DNA of 64,000 nucleotides from Eledone cirrhosa (Eukaryota): NCBI GenBank assembly GCA_964016885.1, contig OZ024740.1, positions 315,084,001 to 315,148,000 of the forward strand, read 5' to 3'. Shown piece by piece: positions 13,118 to 27,275 of this stretch (position 1 is its first letter; each line of letters starts with the position of its first letter). The notes under the pieces were generated by a model. It saw only the letters and a program-made list of their open reading frames with translations, ran no database searches and was not told where the DNA came from. The position numbers and the translations under genes were made by a program.

Positions 13118-14345
13118 TGGGCCGGTACACGCATGTGTGTGTATGTGTGCGTCTGTGTGAGCGCTTGTTGCTCGCCTACAAGCATGTGTGTGCGTGTGTC
13201 TGTGTGTGTGTGTGCATCTAAGCCGGTACACGCATGTGTGTGTGTATGTGTGCGTCTGTGTGAGCGCTGTTGCTCGTCTACAAGTATGTGTGTGCGTGTG
13301 TATCTGGGCCGGTACACGCATGTGTGTGTGTGCGTGCGTGTGTATCTGGGCCGGTACACGCATGTGTGTGTGTGTATGTGTGCGTCTTTGTTAGCGCTGT
13401 TGCTCGTGTACAAGCATGTGTGTGTGTGTTTGTGTGTGTGTCTGGGGCTGTACAAGCATGAGTGTGTATCTCGGCCGGCGCGTGTGCGTTGAGTGAACGA
13501 GAGATTGATAGAATGTGTGAGAGAATGTATATATGAGAGAGAGAGAGAGAGAGAGAAGGGGAAGAGAAGGATCAAGAGGGAAAGAGAGAGAAGGAGAAAG
13601 AGGGACAGAGAAAAATGAATGTGTGTGTGTGTGTGTGCTGTGAGAGAGAGGAAGAATGTATGTGCGTGTGAAAGAGAGAGAGAGACATACAAAGAGGAGA
13701 GGAAAGAGAAGACAGAAAGAGAGAGAGGGAGAGGGAGAGAAGAACAGAGATGTATAAAGAAAGAAATAGGGGTAGGGAGTAGAGAGAAAGATAATGTGTA
13801 TGTATGTGTGTGAAAGAGAAAGATTGAGCAAATATGTGTGTGAGTATGAGAGGGGGTGAGGGAGTATGTATGTGTATATGTGTGTGTGAGAGAAATAGTG
13901 TACGTATGTATATGTATGTGTATAAGAGAGGGAGAATGCATCTCGCTGTATGTGTGTGTGTGTGTGTAAAAGAGTGTATGTGTATATGTGTGAGAGAGCA
14001 AGCGAATGTATGTGTATGAGTATGAGAGAGAGGGGGGAGAACGCATGTGTGAGTGTGTGCGTAAGAGAGAGGGAGACAGACAGTGAGGGAGGGGGAATAT
14101 GTGTGTGCGTGTGAGAGAGAGAGCGAATATATGTGTGTGTGTGCGTGAGAGAAAATGAGAGTGAGGGTGAGAGGGGGGGATGCATATGCGTGTGAGAGAG
14201 AGGGGGGAAAGAGAAAGGGAGAGTGAGGTTGAGAGAGAGAGACGGAGAGGGAGAGATAGAGAGAGTATGCATATGTACGTGAAAGAGAGTGAGGGTGAGA
14301 GAGAGAGTGAGGTGAGAGAGGGAGAATGCATGTGTGTGTGTGGGG

Positions 14346-14376
<31 letters not shown>

Positions 14377-14669
14377 GGAATATGCATATGTGTGTGTACG
14401 TGAGAGGAAGGGAGAGTGAGGGTGAGAGAGGGAGAATACATATGTGTATGTATGTGTGTGTGTGTGTGTGCGTAAGAGAGAAGGAGAGAGGGAGAACGCA
14501 TATGTGTGTGTGCGTATGTGTGTGTGCGTATGTGTGTGTGTGTGCGTAAGAGAGAGGAGGAGAGGAGGAGAGGGAGAACGCATGTGTGTGTATATGCGTG
14601 AGAGAGAGAGAGAGAGGAAGAGAGGGTGAGAGGGAGAACACATGTGTGTGAGTGCGCGTATGTGTGTGC

Positions 14670-14731
<62 letters not shown>

Positions 14732-14745
14732 GAGAGGGAGAGAGG
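12925..14745. repeat. Compound (TG)n/(GA)n low-complexity tandem region
   Basis: Recurring units GCGCTGTTGCTCGTCTACAAGCATG, CTGGGCCGGTACACGCATG and GAGGGAGAACGCATG between dinucleotide runs. Confidence 0.9.
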
Positions 14746-15153
14746 GAGACCCAATGGTATATCCTACAGCACTAACTCTACCTGGTGCTGCCTGTTCGCC
14801 ACCACCAAAGACCAGTAGGTGTATAGCTTGCTTGGTCAGCTTCTGTGGCAGGCGAAGCTGTACATACATATATATACATACATACATATATTACATATAT
14901 ACATACATACATACATACATATATAATATATACATATATACCATACATATATATATATACATACAATTCATATATTACATACATACATAGAATACATATA
15001 TACATACAATAACATACATAACAACTCACTTTTCTCACTTTACCTGCCCAACCATCCGTCACATTAGTGTTCTCTTGCCTTATCTCACACCAGGTAGCGT
15101 TAGAAATACATCAACAACAAAAAGAAAACACCCGCGTGCACACACACAAGCAA

Positions 15154-15205
<52 letters not shown>

Positions 15206-15555
15206 ATAAATATATATACATATAAATATCTACATATATATCTACACACACACATACACATACACGTATGCCGATAAATATATTCATATATATATATATA
15301 TATTTACACACATATACACATATACATATATTCAGTATATACTCGTACGCTAGTCTACACACGGATCTTCTTTCCTCTCTCGCGCACATACATATATTTA
15401 TTTATTATATACACGACTCATACACGGAATACGAGTCAATGCGAGAGAGAAAGAAAGAAAGATAGACGGATTAAGAGAGGAAAGGAAAAAAAAAAGAAAG
15501 AATATAACAAAAAACCCGGAGAGAGAGATTGTCACCTTTGTCGCTGTTTAACAAC

Positions 15556-15638
15556 ATGTTGTATCGAATTTGTCTCAACTCGGCTTTAATCTGTGCCATT
15601 TTAATTGCATTCAAGTGTCCTTTGCTTCCTTGTACAAT

Positions 15639-15688
<50 letters not shown>

Positions 15689-16892
15689 AGTCAATCACCC
15701 ATATCATCACCACCAACACGAAAAACATCATCAACAATCACATCACTAACACTATCAGCAGTAGAAGAAGAAGAAGAAAAAGAAGTAACGATATTGTTAA
15801 ACGAAGACGGAAACTTCCAGCGACAGGAACCGCCGCTTCCAAGGATTTTGTCAGCGTCACAACCAACCGACATGGAGAGCGGGATATTCGTATTGTTTAC
15901 AGAAATACATACATTCACGAGTTGTCCATTCCGGATGAAAACCGTTACCAGTTAAAACTCAGACGTTTGGCTAACCCGTTCCGTTACGTGAAGTCTGTCT
16001 ATAAAAAAGGAAGTTTAAAAAGTTGTGATTATTCACGTAATAACTCAGACATTTCTGAGTTCATATCAGAATTCAAAAAATATACCCACCATCACAATTC
16101 TGGGCAATTCTTCACCTTACACAAACCTTTGAAAGACCAATACCGTTTCCTTAGGGATAAATCTAAATCAGACGCTTATTATTATTCTACATCATCAGTG
16201 AAGCATATCCGAGATGAGATCAATGGTGGAAGTATTGTGTATATACCATACTATACGGGTTATTACAACGGTTACAATTTCACTGAGCGACCCTACTTGA
16301 ACGAAACTTCTAGCTCCATCCTTAATGGTAGAGATGGAAGCTGGTTTATTACTGTGAAAATTAATCTTAAAAGTGAAAGTGGCGCCTGTAGATCCCTCTA
16401 TAAGTTTATTAGAAAAATGACAAAACAGCGAAGATACGTCGAACGGAATATGGATTTAGCAGACGACAAACGAATTAAACTAAAGACAACGTCGCACATT
16501 CACGGTCATAACTACAAACACGGAACTAAGCGGACTGGATCAGAAAATAGCTGGTCACCATCGATACCTTCACATCAAGTACGGACACTAAATAACGAGT
16601 CCTCCTTGGTCACTGGCGATAGTTACCGGGGTCGAAAAGGAAACGAAAGCTCTACGTATGGCCGGCGACGACGGCGACGCCAATTAAACCCTGTACTTAT
16701 GTACCCGGGTACGAAATGGTGTGGAAACGGAAATACTGCGGAAGCGTTCGACGATCTGGGTTCTGAAGCAGAGGCGGACTATTGCTGTCGGGAACATGAT
16801 TACTGTCCCTTCACAATTGAAAGTTTTACCCGTCGTTTCAATCTATTTAACTACAGACTACACACACTGAGCCACTGCCAGTGTGATCGTAG
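15556..16892 (+). CDS. First coding exon of a secreted group III phospholipase A2 precursor (3'-partial)
   Basis: ATG at 15556; hydrophobic signal-like N-terminus; polybasic sites RRRRRKR and RRRRRR; catalytic region MYPGTKWCGNGN..DYCCREHDYCP..HCQCDR at 16699-16892 (Ca-binding loop, His-Asp dyad); consensus donor AG|GTAAGT at 16892/16893. Confidence 0.92.
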
Positions 16893-17654
16893 GTAAGTAA
16901 TGACACTTCAACTACTTCTACAAATAATACTAACCGTTGTCAAGTTTCTATTTATATTTTGTTGACAATTCAAATAAGTGTTTTCCACAGGTGTAAAACT
17001 TTCACTTACCTGACTGACTACACATGTATACACAATCAGAGACAGAAAAACACACACCGGCACACACACATATATATGTATATGTATATATATACATGTA
17101 TATATATGTGTGTGTATGTGTGTGTGTGCATGTATATGTATGTGTGTGTGTGTGTATAAACTCGTATAAGGGCCAGAAGAAAGGTCATTATTTTGATGCC
17201 TCTTGTATTCTGGAAGTCTGGTCAAATTTGGGCCTTAAAACCTTGGGTAGCGCCTTTGTTCCGTGTATAAACATAAATAAATAATATATAATAAATATAA
17301 TCTGAGTTTTTCGAATATTAATAATAACATTCGATTCGTTTGCAATTATACAAACAAGCCTCAATTTTATAGCCATGTCAATATATATATATATATATTA
17401 CTTTTTTATATTATATTTTTATATTACATTTTTGGCGATATTTTTTCATGTGTTTTTTCTCCCTTTACTTCTTTCTATTTTTCCGTTGAAGGACCTACGT
17501 ACGTATCGGAAAGAAAAAGAAAACAAAATAATATCATTTCCGTATTGTTATTAGTTTCATGCGTGAAATAAGTTTTATCTTGTCCTCGTGTTGTTTATTC
17601 CGAGTTATTCATTTCAATTCCCTCTGTCTCTCTTAATATCTATCTATCTACATT

Positions 17655-17730
<76 letters not shown>

Positions 17731-18103
17731 CCCCCTTTGTATTTGTCCCCTTCTTTTGTGCCCATGTGGCTAATAAAGAAATATATCTATCTATCTATCT
17801 ATCTATCTATCTAACTGTACGTGTGTATATGCGTGTGTCTATATGTATATGTATGCATATATATATATATAGGTATATCTACGTTCAGATTTGTGTATTT
17901 GACGTTCCTATTTGCATATTTACACACACACACACATGTGTGTGTGGATGTGTGTGAAAGTATATTCTATGTCATTGTATACACACTGTATTTCATTCAT
18001 ATATATTATTTACCTGCCATTAGCGCAATTCTCTCTCTATATATATACTCTATAACAAACTGAAGCTTGCAAAACGTGACACACTTGTTGATATATATAT
18101 ATT

Positions 18104-18151
<48 letters not shown>

Positions 18152-18182
18152 CATACACACACACACGCACACACACACGCAT

Positions 18183-18278
<96 letters not shown>

Positions 18279-18336
18279 GCACACATACATACACACGGAA
18301 TTGCGGCTAGAATCAAGCTTTATTTATCATTCTTTA

Positions 18337-18398
<62 letters not shown>

Positions 18399-19337
18399 AT
18401 CAACAATAACATCAACAACATCACCAACATCACACCACGACCAATAACTATTCGGTCGCTTTACTAGCTAGAAATAGATGTCAAGTCTCCCTTAAGTCAC
18501 ACTCTACCGTCTTGGAAAATAAAAGGGCGATATTAGGCAACACTATTTCTGATATACAAATTCACAAGATGGTCACGGCTGGAATGCTTTCAATATAGTT
18601 CTAATCTATCAGAGCTAACTTGAAACTAAACAACAACAGCAACAACAACAACAACAGCTATATCAAATAAGGGAATAATATCATGGGTGATAAATATCTA
18701 GATATTCCTGGTAAAAACGGGAAGATCACGGCCGGAATGTCTTTGATCATAGGTCCGTTTTATCAAGACTGGCCTAGGGTTAAACACAACAACAACAACA
18801 ACAAGCACTACAATCAACGCCATCACGAATACTATCGCTATCAACACGACAAGCCGACCACGACTCCTACCGGCATGAGCTGTCAACCTGCTAGAAATAG
18901 CAGCTTATTCGCCCTCCATTCACACCCGCCGGTGTTAGTAAAAAGGAAGGGAAGATCATAGCTGGAAAGTCTTTGATCATCGGTCTACACAATCACCACC
19001 ATCAACACCACAACTACCACCAACTCCATCGCCATTATAACTACCACCGCCGCAACCAACACTACCCCTATCACCCCCCCCCCCCCCACACACACACACA
19101 CTGATATCGGCAACACCACCACCACAAATACCGCGCCGCTGCAACCGACACTAACAGTACCAGCATCAGCACCACTGCCACCGACAACACCACCAACACC
19201 ACCACAACTACTACCGCCGAAACCACCACCACCACCATCGCAACCAGCATCACCACCACTGCCACCGACAACATCACCAACACCACCACACCCACCACCG
19301 CCACCGCACAACCAACACCATCGTAGTCGCCACCACG

Positions 19338-19381
<44 letters not shown>

Positions 19382-19440
19382 CACAGCCACCAAAATCATC
19401 ACCAGCTCCAGCACCCGCTACACACATACCACCACCAAAG

Positions 19441-19475
<35 letters not shown>

Positions 19476-19564
19476 GAACAGGTTGTGGTTATGTTGCGGT
19501 TGTGGTTGTCATTGTTGCTGATGTGATGATGAAAGTAGTGGAGGTTGTTGTCATTGTTGATAGC

Positions 19565-19619
<55 letters not shown>

Positions 19620-20094
19620 TTAGTAGGAGTAGTAGTAATAGTAGTAGTAGTAATAGTAGTAGTAGTAGTGTTAGTAGTAGTAATAGTAGTAGTAGTAGTA
19701 ATATTAGTAGTAGTAGTAGTAGTAACAGTAGTAGTAGTAACAAACAGGATTAGTAGTTGCTTTCATCTGCCGCTGCCAGTTGATTTATCGCCACCCCATC
19801 CCACCTCCCAACTTCCCCGTCTATCTACCTACTTAGTTATTTGCCCCACCCCTCACTAACTTCTCTTTTCCCCACCACACCTCACCCCACTTCTCCTTTT
19901 AATAACACCCCACTCCTCTCCCCCTGCACACACTCACTTTCCCTGTCTACCTTACCTACTTACATCACATCATCCAATGAACCAGAGAAGGATGCCTCAA
20001 TGTGGTCGCTTAGACATGCTAAAAATAGCAGTGAAATCTACTTCATATCACACGCTCCACCACCGGAACAGAGTGTCGCTACCCCGCTGGTGTG

Positions 20095-20300
20095 AGCCTT
20101 GTAAGCTGGAATGGCTCTTCCAGCGTGTCTCCCTCACCATCCTGCGGGGAAACGCCTTCTTTATTCTGTCCGCCGGGACTGCGGGGTGACCAATGCATGG
20201 GTCCCCATTTGCTTATTATAGTGAGAGATAAGGAGAGCGGGAGAGACAGAGGCAGTGACAGTGGGAGTTTGGTTCCATTGTGTTCGGACCTGTTGTATAT
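20095..20300 (+). mobile_element. CRE-like LINE 3' fragment
   Basis: LEWLFQRVSLTILRGNAFFILSAG plus 3' UTR shared with 5020-5300. Confidence 0.65.
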
Positions 20301-20549
20301 GTATTTATTTATTTACCACTCCACATTAATGTCTATAGTTGATAATTGTTTCTACTTTAGGCACAAGGCCAGCAATTACCCAGTGCATTACTGGTCTATA
20401 GTTGATAATAATTCCCTTTTTACACATACTCTTACCATTCGTCAAATTCTTTCTGTAAAGAATTAGTTGGTTTCGAACGAAAGTCAAGGCACCATTACTG
20501 GAATTTAAATAACAACAGTGACAGTGATAGCGTAATGTGTGTCTGTGAA

Positions 20550-20748
20550 ACACATACATATGCACTAGGTCCGAACACAACGGAACCAAACTCCTACCGT
20601 CACTGCCTCCGTCTCTCTCTCTCTCTCCCCATCTCTCACTATTATGACTAAATGGGGGCCACGCGCTGGACGCCCTGCGGTCTCCGGCGGAAAGAATATA
20701 GAAAGTGTTTCCCCGGGGGTTGGTGAGGGAGACATGCTGGAAGAAGAG
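20550..20748 (-). mobile_element. CRE-like LINE 3' fragment, inverted relative to 20095-20300
   Basis: Reverse complement matches CTCTTCCAGC..TCTCCCTCACCA..GGGGAAAC..GTGTTCGGACC. Confidence 0.65.
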
Positions 20749-21054
20749 TTAGTTTTAACAACAGAAAACGGGAGCTATGCCGGTCATATGTGGAATGCTT
20801 ATGATATTAGGGGTTTAGATATTTTAAAACCTTTAAAATATGATTGAAAAGGACGCCCTAACGAATATCCTCCACTACCAACTAACTTACCCCCCGGGGG
20901 TTGACTCGGGGCTAAGTAACAACCACTTCACACCATCGTCTTAACCTTCCTCAACTTTGTGTCTCTTTCACCCATTCTCTCTTCTACCTTTATTTCCCTC
21001 CAGCACGACATACCACTACCTACCTACTCCTATTTCTACCTAGATAATTACCCC

Positions 21055-21649
21055 ACTCTCTCTCTTCTACTCCACTCTCTCTTCTACTGCACTCTCTCTT
21101 CTACACCACTCTCTCTTCTACACCACTCTCTCTTCTACACCACTCTCTCTTCTACTGCACTCTCTCTTCTACTCCATTCTCTCTTCTACTCCACTCTCTC
21201 TTCTACACCACTCTCTCTTCTACACCACTCTCTCTTCTACGCCACTCTCTCTTCTACACCACTCTCTTTTCTACTCCACTCTCTCTTCTACACCACTCTC
21301 TTTTCTACTCCATTCTCTCTTCTACACCACTCTCTCCTCTACTCCACCCTCTCTTCTACACCACTCTCTCTTCTACACCACTCTCTCTTCTACGCCACTC
21401 TCTCTTCTACACCACTCTCTTTTCTACTCCACTCTCTCTTCTACACCACTCTCTTTTCTACTCCATTCTCTCTTCTACACCACTCTCTCTTCTACACCAC
21501 TCTCTTTTCTACTCCATTCTCTCTTCTACACCACTCTCTCTTCTACTCCACTCTCTCTTCTACACCACTCTCTCTTCTACTCCACTCTCTCTTCTACACC
21601 ATTCTCTCTTCTACACCACTCTCTCTTCTACTCCACTCTCTCTTCTACA

Positions 21650-21655
<6 letters not shown>
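21055..21655. repeat. 17-bp pyrimidine-rich minisatellite
   Basis: Unit CCACTCTCTCTTCTAC(A/T), about 35 copies. Confidence 0.9.
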
Positions 21656-21693
<38 letters not shown>

Positions 21694-21741
21694 TCTACCT
21701 CGTCTTTCTCTCTTCGGTTTTCCTTTCTCTCTTCTCTACTG

Positions 21742-21799
<58 letters not shown>

Positions 21800-22019
21800 C
21801 AACCTCATCTTTCCCTCTTTTCTACCCCTCTCTCCCTCTCTTTTCTCTACTCTCTCTACTTTCTCTCACTCTCTCTCCTCTACCACATCATTCCCTCTAC
21901 CTCATCTCTATCTCTTCTCCATCTCATATCTCTCACTCTCCCCCTTCTCTCTACATAATTTATATTTAGTTCTTTTCTTTATTCTCCCCTTTTACTTTTA
22001 CTTATATCACGCTCTCCAC

Positions 22020-22821
22020 ATCCCTGTCTCTCTGTCTCTCTCTACTTCTCTGTCTCTCTGTCTCTCTGTCTCTCTACCTCTCTGTCTCTCTGTCTCTCTC
22101 CACATCCCTGTCTCTCTGTCTCTCTCTGTCTCTCTGTCTCTCTGTAGCTCTGTCTCTCTGTCTCTCTGTCTCCCTCTGTCTCTCTGTCTCTCTGTCTCTC
22201 TCTGTCTCTCTGTCTCTCTGTCTCTCTCTCTGTCTCTCTGTCTCTCTCTGTCTCTCTGTCTCTCTGTCTCTCTCTGTCTCTCTGTCTGTCTCTCTGTCTC
22301 TCTGTCTCTCTGTCTCCCTCTGTCTCTCTGTCTCTCTGTCTCTCTGTCTCTCTCTGTCTCTCTGTCTCTCTGTCTCTCTGTCTCTCTCTCTGTCTCTCTG
22401 TCTCTCTGTCTCTCTCTGTCTCTCTGTCTCTCTGTCTCTCCCTGTCTCTCTGCCTCTGTGTCTCTCTCTGTCTCTCTGTCTCTCTGTCTCTCCCTGTCTC
22501 TCTGTCTCTCTGTCTCTCTGTCTCTCTACCTCTCTGCCTCTCTCTACCTCTCTACCTCTCTGTCTCTCTGTCTCTCTACCTCTCTACCTCTCTGTCTCTC
22601 TCTACTTCTCTATCTCTCTGTCTCTCTCTCATTATCTCTCTACCTCTCTACCTCTCTGTCTCTCTCTACTTCTCTATCTCTCTGTCTCTCTCTCATTATC
22701 TCTCTCTCTACCTCTCTATCTCTCTGTCTCTCTCTCATTATCTCTCTCTCTCTACCTCTCTGTCTCTCTACCTCTCTACCTCTCTGTCTCTCTCTACCCC
22801 TCTGTCGCTCTGTCTCTCTCA

Positions 22822-22893
<72 letters not shown>

Positions 22894-23375
22894 CTCTCTA
22901 TCTCTCTGTCTCTCTCTCATTATCTCTCTCTACCTCTCTATCTCTCTGTCTCTCTCTCATTATCTCTCACTCTCTACCTCTCTGTCTCTCTACCTCTCTT
23001 CCTCTCTGTCTCTCTCTACCTCTCTGTCTCTCTGTCTCTCTCATTATCTCTCTCTCTCTCTCTACTTCTCTATCTCTCTGTCTCTCTCATTATCTCTCGC
23101 TCTCTCTACCTCTCTGTCTCTCTGTCTCTCATTATCTCTCTCTCTCTCTCTACTTCTCTATCTCTCTGTCTCTCTCATTATCTCTCGCTCTCTCTACCTC
23201 TCTGTCTCTCTGTCTCTCTCATTATCTCTCTCTCTCTCTACTTCTCTATCTCTCTGTCTCTCTCATTATCTCTCTCTCTCTCTCTCTATTTCTCTACCTC
23301 TCTGTCTCTCTCATTATCTCTCTCTCTCTCTCTCTACTTCTCTATCTCTCTGTCTCTCTCTCATTATCTCTCTCT
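22020..23375. repeat. CT-rich degenerate satellite
   Basis: CTCTGTCT / CTCTACCT / CTCATTAT units. Confidence 0.9.
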
Positions 23376-23624
23376 CTATATACACATCACCGCCTGATTA
23401 TACCAGAGTCCTCCATACCCACCTTCATCTCTGATTTCACACGTTTCTCACCATCTCGTTACCTATCTCTTCCTGATTCCTCTTTCCCCTTCCCCACTCC
23501 TTCTCTTCCTCCCCACCCCACCCCTACATAGTCTGTGACGTTCCCCTCCCTTCCCCATCACCATTGTGAAAGAGACGAAAGCCCGTCATAAACACACACA
23601 TGCACAGTGACATTTACACACATT

Positions 23625-23756
<132 letters not shown>

Positions 23757-23885
23757 TGTTTGATGGCCGAGTTGCAGCCATTATGAACGTATACGTATGT
23801 ATGTGTATTTGTATGTATGTACATACATATTTATATATATATGTATATGTATTTGTATGCATGTATGTGTAAGAATGTGTATGTA

Positions 23886-23925
<40 letters not shown>

Positions 23926-24221
23926 GATGTATGTATATGTATTTGTATGCATGTATGTGTAAGAATGTGTATGTATATATGTATATATATATATATATAT
24001 GTATGGATATATGTATATGTATTTGTATGTATATATGTATGTATGTGTGTATGTAGGTATGTACGTGTATGGACTTGTGTATTTGTGAATGTTTGTATGT
24101 ATCTATGAATGTATACGTATGTATGTACGTGCAAGGATGTGTATTTATGTATATATGTATGTATCTATGTATGATGATATGTATGTGTATTTTTATGAGG
24201 GTGTGTATGCATGTATTTATG

Positions 24222-24283
<62 letters not shown>

Positions 24284-24662
24284 ATACCAGACTCTAATTA
24301 GAGTAGATGACCTTCGTTCAATTGGCTCAAGTCATTGGAGGAACGTATAAATTGCCTGTTTACGATCAATAATAATTAAACTACATCGTGGAAGAGTCAT
24401 GATAGCCATTTATAACTCATATAAACTCTTATATTCTCCTTTGTTTTATATACCAGAAATCAACGCTTTTAATCCCTTTTCCCACCCGCGGCACACTAAT
24501 TACGACGCTAAAAGCCGTATGGCACACAGTCAGCTTTTCAAAAATATCACTATATATTAAAAATATGAGTTTTAAGATTGTTTTTTAAAAAGCGATGGGC
24601 GCACCTAATGCATTTTGTTGTCACGGAATACACGTGCACTGGTATGAAGCATTAAAAAACAT

Positions 24663-25100
24663 TCTTCTTCTTCTTCTTCTTCTTCTTCTTCTTCTTCTTC
24701 TTCTTCTTCTTCTTCTTCTTCTTCTTCTTCTTCTTCTTCTTCTTCTTCTTCTTCTTCTTCCTGAGAGGGTGGTGGGGGAAGAGTCCTCAAACACTCCTTT
24801 CAACGGGTTCCACCTTGCTCAGGGTCTACTGCTGGGTTCCCTACCAGTTGGTTTTGCCCGTAAAATATGTCCAGCAATTCTTTCTCGGCACATTCTAACC
24901 ACATGCCCATAGTATCGGAGCTGTGATCTCTCAATTTAGAGAAATAGCGGCTCTACCTGGAGTGATTCTTTGATCTCCGAGCTACGCACTCTATCGAGTA
25001 ACATTACCCCGAAGACCCTTCGGCGGAAGCCCATTGCGGCCATTTTTATTCGCGATCGTATTCTTTCAGTCATTACCAAAGATTCATAACCATAGGCAGG
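24663..25100 (-). mobile_element. RTE-clade (Rex3/Expander-like) LINE 3' fragment with (GAA)n tail
   Basis: Minus translation VMTERIRSRIKMAAMGFRRRVFGVMLLDRVRSSEIKESLQVEPL..IERSQLRYYGHVVRM; (TTC)n at 24663-24760. Confidence 0.8.
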
Positions 25101-25143
25101 GGTTGTCATGGATGCGAATAACTACCCACGGAAAAATCGCGGC

Positions 25144-25282
25144 ATATCTGCAGCTCATATGTGACCACATATGCAGCTCACATGTGACTACATCTGCAGC
25201 TCACACGTGACTACATTTGCAGCTCACACGTGACTACTTTTGCAGCTCCTATGTGATTACATCTGCAGTTCCCACGTGACAA
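25144..25282. repeat. 23-bp tandem repeat, ~6 copies
   Basis: CATCTGCAGCTCACACGTGACTA. Confidence 0.85.
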
Positions 25283-25346
25283 TCAAGTGTACCATCATAA
25301 TGTGACTGAAAACGACTGCTAAAAACTTTCAAAAAGTTTCGTCGTA

Positions 25347-25544
25347 CCAGGGTAAGCTGAAAAGTTCATAGAAAGACTATGAGGGAATGATGCTAAAGTT
25401 GTGAAATTATGCATTCCCTAATTTCAACTCTTTTTATTAATAACTGCATGGTTTCTTTTTAGAGACTATCTTGAAAAATAGACCTCATTTAGTCATACCA
25501 TGAGAGTATTTTGGTCAGCCTATGAACCTTTCAGCTGACCCTCG
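25347..25544. mobile_element. Tc1/mariner-type MITE
   Basis: ~25-bp imperfect TIRs C(C/G)AGGGT(A/C)AGCTGAAA(A/G)GTTCATAG; TA on the left side. Confidence 0.6.
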
Positions 25545-26226
25545 ATTTGGTACGATTTAGTCACTGACAGAATTGTGCCAATGACTATGTCGTAGATATA
25601 TAACAAAATATTTCGCCACCTTATAGCATTTACTCTAACAATAGCGATATATGTGTATTTGAAATTGTTAACGTTTTAACATTGTTCTCTCACGATGCAA
25701 TTGTTTCAATTTCAACACGCAATCTCAGTACGAGTTACTTGCTAGACAAGTGCAACTTCGAATAATTAATTTAATTTGCATAAAATTGTTTGTTTGTTTG
25801 TTTTTTTTTGTTGCTTTTTTGTTTTTGTTTTGGGGATTTGGGGAGAGTTTTTTGGGTTTTTTTTTTTTTAAATTTAGATTTTGTTTGATGATTAATTTGA
25901 TATCGAACAAAGTATGGAAACCAAAACATGTATTCTCCGTCCAATCTTGGATTAATTCTCAAATGTATCTTAAATTCTAAAGTCAACTGAAACCAATTAA
26001 CTTGTTGAAACGTTCGATGTTTCTATTTTTTCACTAGGGCTATTTTGGCCCAAACAGTTGTCAACAACTCAGTTCATCTGGTTTTGTAACTGGCATTGAA
26101 TGTATGGACTTTTAACTCCTGGCGGTGTTGTAGGGATGCCGTCACGACATACAGCATGTCTTGTGCATTTTAAACCTGGCAGGGCCCATCCCTCTCTAGG
26201 TATGAACTATGCCGATTATAGAGAAG

Positions 26227-26278
<52 letters not shown>

Positions 26279-26281
26279 AGC

Positions 26282-26315
<34 letters not shown>

Positions 26316-27199
26316 CGACTCCAGTACTGAACTAATACTTGTTTTATCGACAACGACCACGAAAAGATGAAAGGCAAAGTTGACCTCGGCAGAATTTGAA
26401 CTCAGCTCAGAGCCGGAGCGAATATCGCAAATCATTTTACCTGGCGTTCTAACAATTCTTTAACAGATATTATGAACATTTAATTCGCTGCTGGAAATAG
26501 CGGTAAAACAGTAAGATTGTCAAGAGTTGGCTTAACTAAAAGTCTTTATTATTCAACCTATTCTCCTACTGATATCTCTCAGTGTTCTGGTGTTTCAGTT
26601 TGTTTTTATTTTGTAACATTGAAGAATATTATTGATGTAGTTGCAAAAGTATTTCTGAATAATCTTCCTTTTAATTTCTCGTTAACTAAAAGTCACTTAT
26701 TATATTTACTGTAAAACGTTGATCCCTGTACTCGCTTTTAATTAAATATTTAACACAAAGCTGTTATAATATTTGAAGCCACTTCCACCACGACTAAAGT
26801 GATTGCTACAGTTGATGCTCTGTTCCAGGATCTGTAGGTTGGAACATGTAGGAAAATCTTGGAGAGTTTCATTTCTTGGGTGAGCTGGTCGTGGAATCTA
26901 CGAGCAGAGTGTTTAGTGCGGAATATGAGAGTTAGAAGCAGTAGAAATAATTGTTTCTTCATTTGGCACAAGGCCAGCAATTTGCGTGAACCTAATATAA
27001 CTGTGTATTTTTGCATTCCTGTTTGTTTTGTTTTGTTTTGTTTCAGTTATATATAATCAGGATGGAGCCAGTTTAAAACTAGTTAGACCATTACTCAACT
27101 GAGTACTCGATATTTGGGGTAGTAGAGTATGGCTATATTATAAACAGTCGGTACCCGACGGCTGAGCTCTTGCAGTTTTACAATATCTCCCCCCCCCCC

Positions 27200-27275
<76 letters not shown>

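Noticed and set aside
18985-19760. Pro/Thr- or Ser-rich mucin-like exon
   Set aside because: Composed of ACC, ACT and AGT trinucleotide runs with no clear splice signals.
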